From assembly GCA_902572735.1 (NCBI GenBank), contig CACGGX010000002.1, positions 13,585 through 77,584 of the forward strand: a DNA stretch of 64,000 bases, read 5' to 3'. The notes under the pieces are model-generated. The model saw nothing but the letters and a program-made list of their open reading frames with translations. It did no database searches and had not been told where the DNA came from. This DNA comes from an uncultured Alphaproteobacteria bacterium (GTDB lineage Bacteria > Pseudomonadota > Alphaproteobacteria > HIMB59 > GCA-002718135). Both the position numbers and the translations under genes were made by a program. Positions 27,318 to 37,158 of the stretch are shown in pieces (the first letter of the stretch is position 1; each line of letters starts with the position of its first letter).

Positions 27318-28123
27318 TTGCTGACCCCAAATTTAATACTGCAAAAGAATGGTTTGAAAAATTACGAGATAACTTAGTTGAAACTATTCAAAACATTGAT
27401 GAAAATCAATTTGAAATAAGTAACTGGGATCACAAAGGTGATGGTGGTGGTAAAATGAGTAAAATTAAGGGTAATATTATTGAAAAAGGTGGAGTAAATA
27501 TTTCTACCGTCTCCGGGACATTTAACGAAAATATGAGAGATGCTATTCCGGGTGCTAAAGAAGATCCAAATTATAATGCAACCGGCATCAGTGTTGTATT
27601 ACATCCTGTTTCACCTAAAATTCCTTCTATGCATTTTAATACAAGATTTATTAAAACCACACAGGAATGGTTTGGTGGGGGCATGGATATTACACCTTGT
27701 GTAATATTTCACGATGAGAAAAAATATCATCGTGATTTAGAAGTTTTGTGTAATAAGTATGATAAATCATATTATCCTAAATTTAAAAAATGGTGTGATG
27801 ACTATTTTTTTCTTAAACATAGAAACGAACCAAGAGGTGTTGGAGGAATATTTTTTGATTATCTTCAAACTGGCGATTGGGGAAAAGATTTTGAATTTGT
27901 CCAAGGCGTAGGTACTTATTTTCATCAGTTTATCAAAAATACTTTAATTGCACTTAAGGATAATGAATGGAATGAAGAGGAAAAAAAGATACAATTAGTT
28001 AAGCGTAGTCGCTATGCTGAATTTAACTTATTATATGATAGAGGTACAAAATTTGGTCTAGAGACTGGTGGGAATGTTGATGCTATATTAATGTCAATGC
28101 CTCCTCACGCGGTATGGGAATAA
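27314..28123 (+). CDS. hemF: Oxygen-dependent coproporphyrinogen III oxidase
   Basis: The motifs KGGVNIS, HPVSPKIPSMHFNTRF, WFGGGMDITP and RGVGGIFFDY are present. ATG 27314 forms an ATGA overlap with the hemH stop. Confidence 0.9.
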   Translation: MIADPKFNTAKEWFEKLRDNLVETIQNIDENQFEISNWDHKGDGGGKMSKIKGNIIEKGGVNISTVSGTFNENMRDAIPGAKEDPNYNATGISVVLHPVSPKIPSMHFNTRFIKTTQEWFGGGMDITPCVIFHDEKKYHRDLEVLCNKYDKSYYPKFKKWCDDYFFLKHRNEPRGVGGIFFDYLQTGDWGKDFEFVQGVGTYFHQFIKNTLIALKDNEWNEEEKKIQLVKRSRYAEFNLLYDRGTKFGLETGGNVDAILMSMPPHAVWE

Positions 28124-28126
28124 ATA

Positions 28127-28546
28127 ATGTTATTTAATACTCTGAAAGTTATTCATATTTTTAGTATCATAGCTTGGATGGCTGGACTTTTATATCTGCC
28201 ACGTTTGTTTGTAAATCATGCTAATCCTGATATTACAAAAGAAACCTCAGAAACATTCAAACTAATGGAAGGAAAATTGTACAGAATTATTATGTTTCCA
28301 GCTTTTATAGTGACGTGGATATCAGGTTTTACACTTACACATTATGTAGGTATCGATACCTGGTTGCTTTTAAAAATTTTATTTGTAATTTTATTATCTG
28401 GCTATCATTTTTTTTGTTTAAAATGTCTTAATGATTTTAAAAATGATAAAAATAAATACTCCACTAAGTTTTTTAGAATTACAAATGAAGCGCCAGCAGT
28501 AATATTGATTTTTATACTTATACTTGTTGTATTTCAGCCTTTTTAA
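28127..28546 (+). CDS. hemJ: HemJ-type protoporphyrinogen IX oxidase (UPF0093 family)
   Basis: A 139-aa membrane protein. KVIHIFSIIAWMAGLLYLPRLFVNH matches the HemJ N-terminal signature. It is the last gene of the heme cluster. Confidence 0.75.
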   Translation: MLFNTLKVIHIFSIIAWMAGLLYLPRLFVNHANPDITKETSETFKLMEGKLYRIIMFPAFIVTWISGFTLTHYVGIDTWLLLKILFVILLSGYHFFCLKCLNDFKNDKNKYSTKFFRITNEAPAVILIFILILVVFQPF

Positions 28547-28549
28547 TTA

Positions 28550-29200
28550 CTACTTTTTTGTTTTAATAGGCGTTTTTCTCTTTGGATTACAAACCTTGCA
28601 TATTTCACACTCCAAACCAAAACAACTTCTTGCCTGACAAAATTCTCTTCCATAAAATATTATTTGTAAATGAAGTTTGTTCCAAGATTTTTTTGGAAAA
28701 AGATATTTTAAATCTTTTTCTGTTTGGACAACATTTTTACCATTTGTTAAACCCCAACGTTGAGCTAAACGATGAATGTGCGTATCAACTGGAAATGCTG
28801 GATGACCAAATCCTTGAGACATAACAACACTGGCTGTTTTGTGACCAACACCTGGTAACTTTTCTAATTCTTCAAAACTTTCTGGAACATTGCCTTTAAA
28901 TTTTTTTACAAGAATTCTTGATAATTCAAAAATTGCTTTTGATTTTTGAGGTGCCAAACCACAAGGCCGAATAATATTATAAATTGTTTTTTTAGGCACT
29001 TTTGTCATTTTTATAGCTGTGTTAGCTTTTTTAAATAGTATTGGTGTAACTTGATTAACTCTTTCATCTGTACATTGAGCACTTAGAAGTACAGCTACAA
29101 CTAATTCAAATTTATTTTTGTGGTTAAGAGGAATAGGTACTTTTCTGTATATACGATTTAGTATTCTAGAGATCTCTTGTGCCTTCTCTATTTTTTTCAC
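28550..29200 (-). CDS. nth: Endonuclease III
   Basis: LLSAQCTDERVN, the HhH-GPD region LPGVGHKTASVVM, the DTHIHR motif and a C-terminal Cys cluster are present. Confidence 0.9.
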   Translation of the reverse strand: MKKIEKAQEISRILNRIYRKVPIPLNHKNKFELVVAVLLSAQCTDERVNQVTPILFKKANTAIKMTKVPKKTIYNIIRPCGLAPQKSKAIFELSRILVKKFKGNVPESFEELEKLPGVGHKTASVVMSQGFGHPAFPVDTHIHRLAQRWGLTNGKNVVQTEKDLKYLFPKKSWNKLHLQIIFYGREFCQARSCFGLECEICKVCNPKRKTPIKTKK

Positions 29201-29231
29201 TATATCAAGCCTCCTCCAAGGGTATGTCTAA

Positions 29232-29281
29232 ATTAATACTAATAATTATGACAAAATATAGCACTTATTAATACTAATAAT
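29232..29281. repeat. Two perfect 15-nt direct repeats (attaatactaataat) in the divergent nth/ABC promoter region
   Basis: The copies lie at 29232-29246 and 29267-29281, 35 nt start-to-start. They sit 60-110 nt upstream of the binding-protein ATG. Confidence 0.5.
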
Positions 29282-29341
29282 ATTGAATATTTCCATTGAA
29301 GTTGTATGGGTCTACCATCAAATTTCTATGGAGGAAATAAT

Positions 29342-30916
29342 ATGAAAAAGACTTTAAGCATTGTTTTGTCTTTGCTTTTCATGGGTATTTTCTCACCAGC
29401 ATTTGCAAACACTATTAAATGGTCAATGCCTGGTGACTCTTTAACTCTTGATCCGCATGCACAAAACGAAGGACCAACTCACATGGTTTCGCGTCAAGTA
29501 TATGAAGGTTTAGTAACTCCAGGTATTAATATGGAAATACTTCCTCAGCTTGCTGAATCATGGAAAACAACTGCTGATGACACTTGGATATTTACAATTC
29601 GTAAGGGTGTAAAATTTCATGATGGATCAGATTTAACAGCTAGTGATATTGCTTTTAGCATCAATAGAGCAAAAACTGCTCCATCTGATATGGTAGATTT
29701 AATTAAAAGCATTAAATCAGCATCAGCATTAACTGATCACACAGTTCAGATTGTAACAGATGGACCAAATCCAATTCTTTTAAATCAATTAACTCAGATA
29801 TTTGTAATGTCTGAAGATTGGGCAAAAGCAAATGGTTGTGAAGTTTCATACAATTGGGATGCAGGTGAAACATCTTATTGTGCTTCTAATGCAAACGGAA
29901 CTGGACCTTTCAAAATTACTTTTAGAGAGCAGGACGTAAGAACTGTTTTTGAAAAAAATAATGATTGGTGGGGTGATGATAGTACTTTCAATGTAGATAC
30001 TATTGAATTACTTCCAATTGCAAATGATGCAACAAGAGTTGCGGCACTTCTATCTGGAGAAATTGACTACACAAACGTTGTTCCTGTTCAAGATATTGAG
30101 AGAATCAAATCTTCTGCTGGACATGGTGTAAAAATGACTCCTCAAAATAGAACAATATTTTTTGGTATGGATCAAGGTTCTGCTGAATTAAATTCATCTA
30201 ATATCAAAGGTAAAAATCCTTTTGCAGATAAAAGAGTTCGTTTAGCTATGTACCATGCTTTAGATATGGAGGCTATTAAGGATAAGGTAATGAGGGGACA
30301 AAGTGTTCCTGCAGGAATTATCACTGCTCCTGGTGTAAACGGTCATACAGCTGCACGTGATGAAAGATTACCTTATGATCCAGAGCTATCAAAAAAACTA
30401 TTAGCAGAAGCTGGTTATCCAGATGGATTTGAGGTTACACTAGATTGTCCAAATGATCGTTATATTAATGATGAAGCAATCTGTGTTGCTGCAATTGGGA
30501 TGTTTGCTAAAATTGGAGTTGATGTAACTCTTGATGCAAAAACTAAAAGTCAACACTTCTCAGAAGTTAAAGAAGGGGACGCAAACGGTATGACAAGTGA
30601 CATGTACATGTTAGGTTGGGGTGTTCCAACTTTTGATAGTCATTACGTATACTCGTACTTATTTGATAGTGCTGGTAGCTGGAATAAAGTTAATTTCAGT
30701 AATGCTAGAGTTGATGAGTTAGTAGCGGCAATGGGTGTTGAAACAGATCAAGATAAAAGAAATGCTATGATTGCTGAAGCTTGGGATATTACTCAAGATG
30801 ATGTAACATATCTTCCTTTACATCACCAAGTTGTCAACCAAGCATCAAAAAGTAATGTCGATGTTCCAATTAGAATGAACAACGAGCCATTATTTAGATT
30901 TGCAAACGTAAACTAA
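29342..30916 (+). CDS. Family-5 (peptide/opine/nickel/glutathione type) ABC substrate-binding protein
   Basis: The signal peptide MKKTLSIVLSLLFMGIFSPAFA follows an RBS (ggagga) at 29330-29335. The roughly 525-aa product reads like SBP_bac_5. I reject the upstream ATG at 29306. Confidence 0.8.
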   Translation: MKKTLSIVLSLLFMGIFSPAFANTIKWSMPGDSLTLDPHAQNEGPTHMVSRQVYEGLVTPGINMEILPQLAESWKTTADDTWIFTIRKGVKFHDGSDLTASDIAFSINRAKTAPSDMVDLIKSIKSASALTDHTVQIVTDGPNPILLNQLTQIFVMSEDWAKANGCEVSYNWDAGETSYCASNANGTGPFKITFREQDVRTVFEKNNDWWGDDSTFNVDTIELLPIANDATRVAALLSGEIDYTNVVPVQDIERIKSSAGHGVKMTPQNRTIFFGMDQGSAELNSSNIKGKNPFADKRVRLAMYHALDMEAIKDKVMRGQSVPAGIITAPGVNGHTAARDERLPYDPELSKKLLAEAGYPDGFEVTLDCPNDRYINDEAICVAAIGMFAKIGVDVTLDAKTKSQHFSEVKEGDANGMTSDMYMLGWGVPTFDSHYVYSYLFDSAGSWNKVNFSNARVDELVAAMGVETDQDKRNAMIAEAWDITQDDVTYLPLHHQVVNQASKSNVDVPIRMNNEPLFRFANVN

Positions 30917-30928
30917 TAATTTTTATAT

Positions 30929-30954
30929 TTTCTGGCCAGTAATCTGGCCAGAAA
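30929..30954 (+). terminator. Perfect 11-bp hairpin after the binding-protein gene (attenuator/RNA-stability element; no T-tract)
   Basis: tttctggccag (30929-30939), loop taat, ctggccagaaa (30944-30954). It lies 13 nt after the stop and 8 nt before the next ATG. Confidence 0.5.
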
Positions 30955-30961
30955 TTAAACC

Positions 30962-31939
30962 ATGTTTAGCTATTTCTTTAAAAGACTCTTTCAATCTATT
31001 CTTGTAATGATTGTTGTAGCTTTTGTTTCATTTTCCTTATTTAATTTTGTTGGTGATCCAGTAAATAGTATGACTGGAGAAGATGCTTCAGATGAAAGAC
31101 GTGCTGAGGTTAGAGAAGTATTGGGTTTAAATGATCCTGTTTACGTTCAATTTTCACGTTTTATAGGAAATGTAATTCAAGGTGATTTTGGAATATCGTA
31201 CCAATTAAAAAGAGAAGTTTCAGACTTAATTGCAGAAAGAATGCCTGCAACTTTAGAATTAGTTTTTGTCTCCGCTTTAATTGCAATCATCAGCGGTGTT
31301 ATCTTGGGTGTATATACTGGTATTCACAGAGACAGTTTTATTTCTAATATTATTCTTGTGATTTCCCTAGCAGGGGTTTCTTTACCAACATTCATTATAG
31401 GAATAATGTTAATTTATTTGTTTTCAGTAATTTTAGGAGTTCTTCCATCCTTTGGAAGAGGTGAAGTCACACAATTAGGTTTTTGGACTACAGGATTTTT
31501 AACTACTTCTGGTTTAAAAGCACTGATACTCCCATCTGTTACTTTAAGTTTATTTCAAATGACTTATGTGATTAGATTAGTTCGAGCTGAAATGATGGAA
31601 ATTTTACAAACAGATTATATTAAATTTGCAAAAGCAAGAGGTATAAAAAGGAGTGTTATTAATTATAAGCATGCGCTCAAAAATGGATTAATTCCAGTTA
31701 TTACTATTACAGGTATCAACATCGGAACATTAATTGCTTTTTCAATTATTACAGAAACAGTTTTTCAATGGCCAGGCATGGGGTCATTATTTATCAAAGC
31801 AGTATACTTTGTCGATATTCCTATAATGTCAGCATATATGATTATGGTAGCCTTTATATTTGTTATGATAAATTTTATTGTAGACATCACATACTATTTT
31901 ATTGATCCTAGAATTAGGCTTAAGGAAGAGGGTAGTTAA
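30962..31939 (+). CDS. ABC transporter permease, DppB/GsiC-like
   Basis: A 325-aa protein with a BPD_transp_1 core and a typical N-terminus (F.KRL.Q.I.V...V). Confidence 0.85.
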   Translation: MFSYFFKRLFQSILVMIVVAFVSFSLFNFVGDPVNSMTGEDASDERRAEVREVLGLNDPVYVQFSRFIGNVIQGDFGISYQLKREVSDLIAERMPATLELVFVSALIAIISGVILGVYTGIHRDSFISNIILVISLAGVSLPTFIIGIMLIYLFSVILGVLPSFGRGEVTQLGFWTTGFLTTSGLKALILPSVTLSLFQMTYVIRLVRAEMMEILQTDYIKFAKARGIKRSVINYKHALKNGLIPVITITGINIGTLIAFSIITETVFQWPGMGSLFIKAVYFVDIPIMSAYMIMVAFIFVMINFIVDITYYFIDPRIRLKEEGS

Positions 31940-31940
31940 A

Positions 31941-32864
31941 ATGCTACTTAAAACGTACAATAAAATATATGATACTGATATTGGATACAGTTTCTTTAAT
32001 TCTAAATTAGCAGTAATTTCTTCAACAATATTTTTTATTATACTTTTTTGTTCTGTATTTGCTGGGATAGTTGCACCTTATAATCCTTTTGATCCAGCAT
32101 CAGTTTCTTTAATGGATGCTTTTACCCCACCAGTATGGTCTGAGGGAGGAAGTTTTAGCTTCATATTAGGAACTGATCAACAAGGAAGAGATATGTTTTC
32201 AACAATGATTTATGGTTCAAGAATTTCACTTATCGTTGGTTTTGCATCTATAATTTTTGCAATGATACTTGGAGTTTTTCTTGGAATAACAGCTGGATAT
32301 ATTGGTGGTAGGTATGAGATTATTGTAATGCGCCTTACAGATGTGCAATTAACTATTCCAAGTATTTTAATGGCTTTACTTGTTGATGGTATTGCAAGAG
32401 CGATTATCTCACAATCAATGCATGACGAAATGGCAATTTATGTTTTGATTTTCGCCATTGGTATTTCAGAATGGCCTCAGTTTGCAAGAGTATCGAGAGC
32501 ATCAACCTTAGTTGAAAAAAATAAAGAGTATGTCTCAGCTTCAAGAATTATTGGATTATCAAATATATTAATTATGTTTAAGCATATTTTACCAAATATA
32601 CTTCGGCCTATATTAGTAATTGCTACAATCGGATTAGCACTTGCAATTATTACAGAGTCCACCTTAAGTTTTTTAGGTGTTGGTGTTCCACCAACAACAC
32701 CTTCTCTTGGGACTCTAATAAGGTTTGGAAATAATTTTTTATTTTCGGGTGAGTGGTGGATTACTTTTTTTCCAGCAATTTTCTTAATTGTTTTGGCATT
32801 ATCAATTAATTTATTAGGGGATTGGATGAGAGATGCTTTAAATCCAAAATTAAAAAAGAGATGA
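31941..32864 (+). CDS. ABC transporter permease, DppC/GsiD-like
   Basis: LGTDQQGRDMFS is the hallmark periplasmic-loop motif of DppC-type permeases. The ATG at 31941 lies 1 nt after the upstream stop. Confidence 0.85.
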   Translation: MLLKTYNKIYDTDIGYSFFNSKLAVISSTIFFIILFCSVFAGIVAPYNPFDPASVSLMDAFTPPVWSEGGSFSFILGTDQQGRDMFSTMIYGSRISLIVGFASIIFAMILGVFLGITAGYIGGRYEIIVMRLTDVQLTIPSILMALLVDGIARAIISQSMHDEMAIYVLIFAIGISEWPQFARVSRASTLVEKNKEYVSASRIIGLSNILIMFKHILPNILRPILVIATIGLALAIITESTLSFLGVGVPPTTPSLGTLIRFGNNFLFSGEWWITFFPAIFLIVLALSINLLGDWMRDALNPKLKKR

Positions 32865-34579
32865 GTTTTTTAGAAGTTAAAAATTTAAACATAAGTTATC
32901 CAACACGAAAGGAAACTATTGTTGCAAGCAAAAATGTAGAATTTTCTTTAGAAAGAGGCGAAATATTAGGAATTGTCGGTGAGTCTGGATCTGGAAAATC
33001 TACAATTGCAAATGCGATAATTAACTTGATTGATCCTCCAGGTGAAATCACAGATGGCTCAATAAAAATAGACAATATTGAATTAAGAAGCAATGAAGAA
33101 ATAATTCAAAATATTAGAGGAAAAAAAATAGGATTTGTTTTTCAAGACCCTCAAACTTCATTAAACCCTCTATTTAAAATAAAAGATCAATTAATTGAAA
33201 CTATTCAGGCTCATTTAAATTTAAGTTATCAAGATTCACTTAAAAAATCAATTCAACTACTTAAAGAGGTTGGAATAGAGAACGCTGAAAAAAGAATTGA
33301 GGACTATCCACACCAATTTAGTGGCGGTATGCGTCAAAGAGTTGTGATAGCTTTAGCGATAAGTTGTGAACCTGACTTAATAATTGCAGATGAACCAACA
33401 ACAGCTTTAGATGTAAGTATTCAATATCAAATATTAGAACTTCTTAAAGATCTTACAAAGAAAAGAAATCTCGGTGTTATAATTATTACCCATGATATGG
33501 GAGTCATAGCAGAGACGACTGATAAAGTTATTGTCATGAGATACGGACATATTGTTGAACAAGGTGAGACTAAAGAATTATTAACAAATCCGAAATCAAC
33601 AGAAGCAAGAAGCTTAGTAATTTCAGTGCCACCAACAAATAAGAAAATTGATAGATTTAAATTGATTAGCCCCGATGGTAAGGAAATAACATCTAGTTCC
33701 AAGGATTTGACTAAAAATATTATTAAAACATGGGGCATAAGGGAAAATAAAAATCAAAAATTATTAAAACTTGAGGAAGTGACAAAAGTTTTTGATGATA
33801 ATTCTTTAGGCAGTGGTTTTTCATTTATTTCTAATAAAAGTTCGAATGATAAAATAGTTAAAGCTGTCGACAATGTATCTTTTGAATTATTCGAAGGTGA
33901 GACTCTTGGATTAGTTGGAGAGTCTGGTTCAGGTAAATCAACTATTGCAAAAATTATTACTGGATTAATTAGTCCTAATAAAGGTAATTTAATTTACAAT
34001 AATGAACCTCTATATAATTCAAATAAAAAATATCAAATTCATAATAGTAGCGGTCAAATTCAAATGATTTTTCAAGATCCTTACTCATCTCTAAATCCTC
34101 GTTTCAAAGTTAAGGATATTATTGCAGAACCAATTAAATTTTTTCAAAAAAATATTAGCAATAATGATCTTTTACAAAATGTTTATGACCTAATAGATAT
34201 TGTAGGAATGACAAGACAATCTCTAGATCGATACCCGCACGAATTCTCAGGAGGGCAAAGGCAGAGAATATCTATTGCTCGTGCCTTGGCAACAAGACCA
34301 AGATTATTAATATGTGATGAACCAACTTCTGCATTAGACGTAAGTATACAAGCTCAAATATTGAATTTATTAAAAGATATACAAGATGAACTTCATCTCA
34401 CTATGCTATTTATTAGCCATGATCTTCCTGTAATTCGCCAAATGTGTAACCGAATAATTGTACTAAAAAATGGTGCTGTTTGTGAAACAAAAGATACAGA
34501 GGAATTGTTTAATAATCCTGAGCATGAATATACGAAGGAATTAATTAGACTTATGCCTAAAATTGAATCAATTATTTAA
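32861..34579 (+). CDS. Fused double ABC ATPase (DppD-DppF fusion, GsiA-like)
   Basis: There are two Walker A sites (GESGSGKST twice) and two signatures (FSGGMRQR, FSGGQRQR). The start forms an ATGA overlap with the permease stop. Confidence 0.9.
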   Translation: MSFLEVKNLNISYPTRKETIVASKNVEFSLERGEILGIVGESGSGKSTIANAIINLIDPPGEITDGSIKIDNIELRSNEEIIQNIRGKKIGFVFQDPQTSLNPLFKIKDQLIETIQAHLNLSYQDSLKKSIQLLKEVGIENAEKRIEDYPHQFSGGMRQRVVIALAISCEPDLIIADEPTTALDVSIQYQILELLKDLTKKRNLGVIIITHDMGVIAETTDKVIVMRYGHIVEQGETKELLTNPKSTEARSLVISVPPTNKKIDRFKLISPDGKEITSSSKDLTKNIIKTWGIRENKNQKLLKLEEVTKVFDDNSLGSGFSFISNKSSNDKIVKAVDNVSFELFEGETLGLVGESGSGKSTIAKIITGLISPNKGNLIYNNEPLYNSNKKYQIHNSSGQIQMIFQDPYSSLNPRFKVKDIIAEPIKFFQKNISNNDLLQNVYDLIDIVGMTRQSLDRYPHEFSGGQRQRISIARALATRPRLLICDEPTSALDVSIQAQILNLLKDIQDELHLTMLFISHDLPVIRQMCNRIIVLKNGAVCETKDTEELFNNPEHEYTKELIRLMPKIESII

Positions 34580-35722
34580 CTAATTAATAATAGGTAAATT
34601 TTCAGGAGTTCTAGTACTTAAAAGTTTATATGAATCTTTAGTTATCAATAAATTTTCTTCTTGTACTAATATTTTATTTTCGTCCATTTCAATTGATGGT
34701 TCAAGAGTTATAATCATATTTTCCTCAAGTAATGTTTTGTCATTTTTCATAATACTTGGCGGCTCAGTCAGTTGTAAGCCTAAACCATGACCCATTCTTC
34801 CAATTGATACGTTGTTAGTTATTAAATTTTGAGATAATTTAGAATATATTTCTGAACAACTAGTTCCAGGTTTTATAATTTCTAAAGTTCTTTCAGTTGC
34901 TTCCCACAATTTATTATATGCATCTAGAACTTGTTTGTGAATTTTTCCAAAGCCAAAATTTCTATCAAAATCTGAAAAATAACCATTTAAAGTTGCACCG
35001 GTATCAATAATTAGAATATCACCATCTTTAGTTACTCTTTCTGTTGGGTTACAAATAATCTGATTATAACCATTAAATCCCGAAGCACACGCCATGTATT
35101 GAATATAATCTGCGCCACTTTCAATTAATTCTTTTTTAAATATTGATGCAATTTGTTTTTCACTCATTCCTAAATTAATTTTTTTAGGAAAATCATCAAA
35201 TACCTTACTTGTAATAGAACAAATTTCTTTAATATTACTGATCTCTATTTCAGATTTTATCTTTCTTATACTCCAAAGTATTTTACTAGCATCAACAAAA
35301 TTATATTCTGATAAATTTGTTTTAATATCTTGATAATCGTTAATACTCATTCGCAAAAAAGTTTCATTTGCTAATTCAAATCCGATATTTGAATTTTTAG
35401 GAAAACTTTTAATATTTTTTTTCAACAAAGATATTCCTTCATCTTTTGGATTTGGAGACTCCCAAGTTTCAATATCATTGACTAATGTTTTTTGTATAGC
35501 TGTAATACCAATAGATGGTATTATGGCTTTTATTGGATTTTTTTTTGAAATAATTAAATACCACGGTCTTGTAGGACTTTCCCAAAAATTACTATCAAGT
35601 CCAGTGAAATATCTAAAATTTGACGGTGAAGTTATAATAACTGCATCAATATTTTCTTTTTCAATATGTTTTTGTATTTTCTCAATTCTGGAAATAAATT
35701 CTTCTTTTGGAAAATCGTTCAT
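34580..35722 (-). CDS. M24-family metallohydrolase (Xaa-Pro peptidase/creatinase-type)
   Basis: A creatinase-like N-domain is followed by a pita-bread domain with the metal-ligand pattern (DTGATLNGYFSD, GHGLGL, EPS, QEEN). Confidence 0.75.
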   Translation of the reverse strand: MNDFPKEEFISRIEKIQKHIEKENIDAVIITSPSNFRYFTGLDSNFWESPTRPWYLIISKKNPIKAIIPSIGITAIQKTLVNDIETWESPNPKDEGISLLKKNIKSFPKNSNIGFELANETFLRMSINDYQDIKTNLSEYNFVDASKILWSIRKIKSEIEISNIKEICSITSKVFDDFPKKINLGMSEKQIASIFKKELIESGADYIQYMACASGFNGYNQIICNPTERVTKDGDILIIDTGATLNGYFSDFDRNFGFGKIHKQVLDAYNKLWEATERTLEIIKPGTSCSEIYSKLSQNLITNNVSIGRMGHGLGLQLTEPPSIMKNDKTLLEENMIITLEPSIEMDENKILVQEENLLITKDSYKLLSTRTPENLPIIN

Positions 35723-35771
35723 AAATTGATAAGTAACATAACATTAACATAAATTAACAATAAGAAATACT

Positions 35772-36188
35772 TTGATCTATTCATCATTATTTATTTTTTG
35801 TTTGTCTTTAGGTACTTTTTTTCCTTTTGCTTCAGAGACATATTTATCAGCACTATTATTATCTAATAAGTATAATCCATTTTTATTATTATTTTTTGCT
35901 TCGGCAGGTAATATTTTAGGATCTATAATCAGTTGGATATGTGGTTACTTTGTAAATTTTCTTATTAAGAAACCTTGGTTTCCAGTAAATAAATATTTAT
36001 TAAAGAAAGCTACAGATATTTTCAAAAAGTATGGAAAATGGTCATTATTATTTTCATGGGTACCTATTATTGGAGATCCAATCGCATTTGCAGCAGGTAC
36101 AGTAAAATATAATATTACTTTTTTTTTAATATTTGTATCTATTGGGAAAATTGCTAGATATTTGATAATATATTTATATCTTATCTAA
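35772..36188 (+). CDS. YqaA/DedA-related small membrane protein
   Basis: The 138-aa product (TTG start) contains FPFASETYLSALLL...FASAGNILGSIISW, which resembles the YqaA family. Confidence 0.55.
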   Translation: MIYSSLFIFCLSLGTFFPFASETYLSALLLSNKYNPFLLLFFASAGNILGSIISWICGYFVNFLIKKPWFPVNKYLLKKATDIFKKYGKWSLLFSWVPIIGDPIAFAAGTVKYNITFFLIFVSIGKIARYLIIYLYLI

Positions 36189-36191
36189 TTA

Positions 36192-37154
36192 GTGATGTTT
36201 GAAAATCTTATATTTGTTTTCATAATTGGTTTTTTATCTGGATTTGGTTTTTTATCAATTTTATTTTTTCTTCGCAAAACAAAAAGTTCTGAAATAAAAG
36301 ATGATACTGATCTTACTTCCTTAAAAAATCACATGCAATCAATTCAGCAATCTTTACAAAATTTTAATTTAGCTCAAGATAGAATTGAGAATACATTAAT
36401 TAGAGGTGGTGCGCTTCAACAAGGTCCGTGGGGAGAATTTGTACTTAAAAATATCTTAGATAGTGTTGGTTTAAGAGAAGGAGAAGAATACTCAACTCAA
36501 AAAACTTTTAGAGATGAAGATGGTAATTTACAAAAACCCGATGTAATTGTTCATATGCCAGGTAATAGACACATAATTATAGATTCAAAAGTGTCCTTAG
36601 ATTCTTGGCATGATTATTCTAATACAAATGACAATCAACAAAAGAAGATATTTTTGAAAAAATTTTTGGATTCAACAAAAACTTCGATTAGAAGTTTGAG
36701 TAAAGATAATTATTCAAAAATATATGGAATCAATACAATTGATAATGTTTTAATGTTTGTTCCAATAGAACCAGCATTACTTACTTTATATAATGAGGCA
36801 AATAAACTTATCGAAGATTCATGGAATAATAAAATAATTATTGTTGGGCCATCAACTTTACCCTTTTTACTTAAAGCTGTAGAAAATATGTGGCGGGTTG
36901 ATAAACAATCTAAAACAATAAAGGATATAGCATCAGCTGCATCAGATATTTATGATAAAACAGTCAGTGTATATGAGTCCTTTGTAAAAGCTAATCAATC
37001 AATAGATTTAGCTAAATCAAAAATGGATGAAGCTAAACAAAGATTGCAAGATGGTTCAGGAAGTTTGACTAAAAAAGTAGAAAAGATGAAAAAATTAGGA
37101 AGATTAAGCACTAAAAAACAGTTGCCAGATATAAATGACGATGTAATAAACTAA
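36192..37154 (+). CDS. rmuC: DNA recombination protein RmuC (short form)
   Basis: The core PDVIVHMPGNRHIIIDSKVSLDSW is present, plus an N-terminal TM and coiled coil. Confidence 0.8.
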   Translation: MMFENLIFVFIIGFLSGFGFLSILFFLRKTKSSEIKDDTDLTSLKNHMQSIQQSLQNFNLAQDRIENTLIRGGALQQGPWGEFVLKNILDSVGLREGEEYSTQKTFRDEDGNLQKPDVIVHMPGNRHIIIDSKVSLDSWHDYSNTNDNQQKKIFLKKFLDSTKTSIRSLSKDNYSKIYGINTIDNVLMFVPIEPALLTLYNEANKLIEDSWNNKIIIVGPSTLPFLLKAVENMWRVDKQSKTIKDIASAASDIYDKTVSVYESFVKANQSIDLAKSKMDEAKQRLQDGSGSLTKKVEKMKKLGRLSTKKQLPDINDDVIN

Positions 37155-37158
37155 ATAA

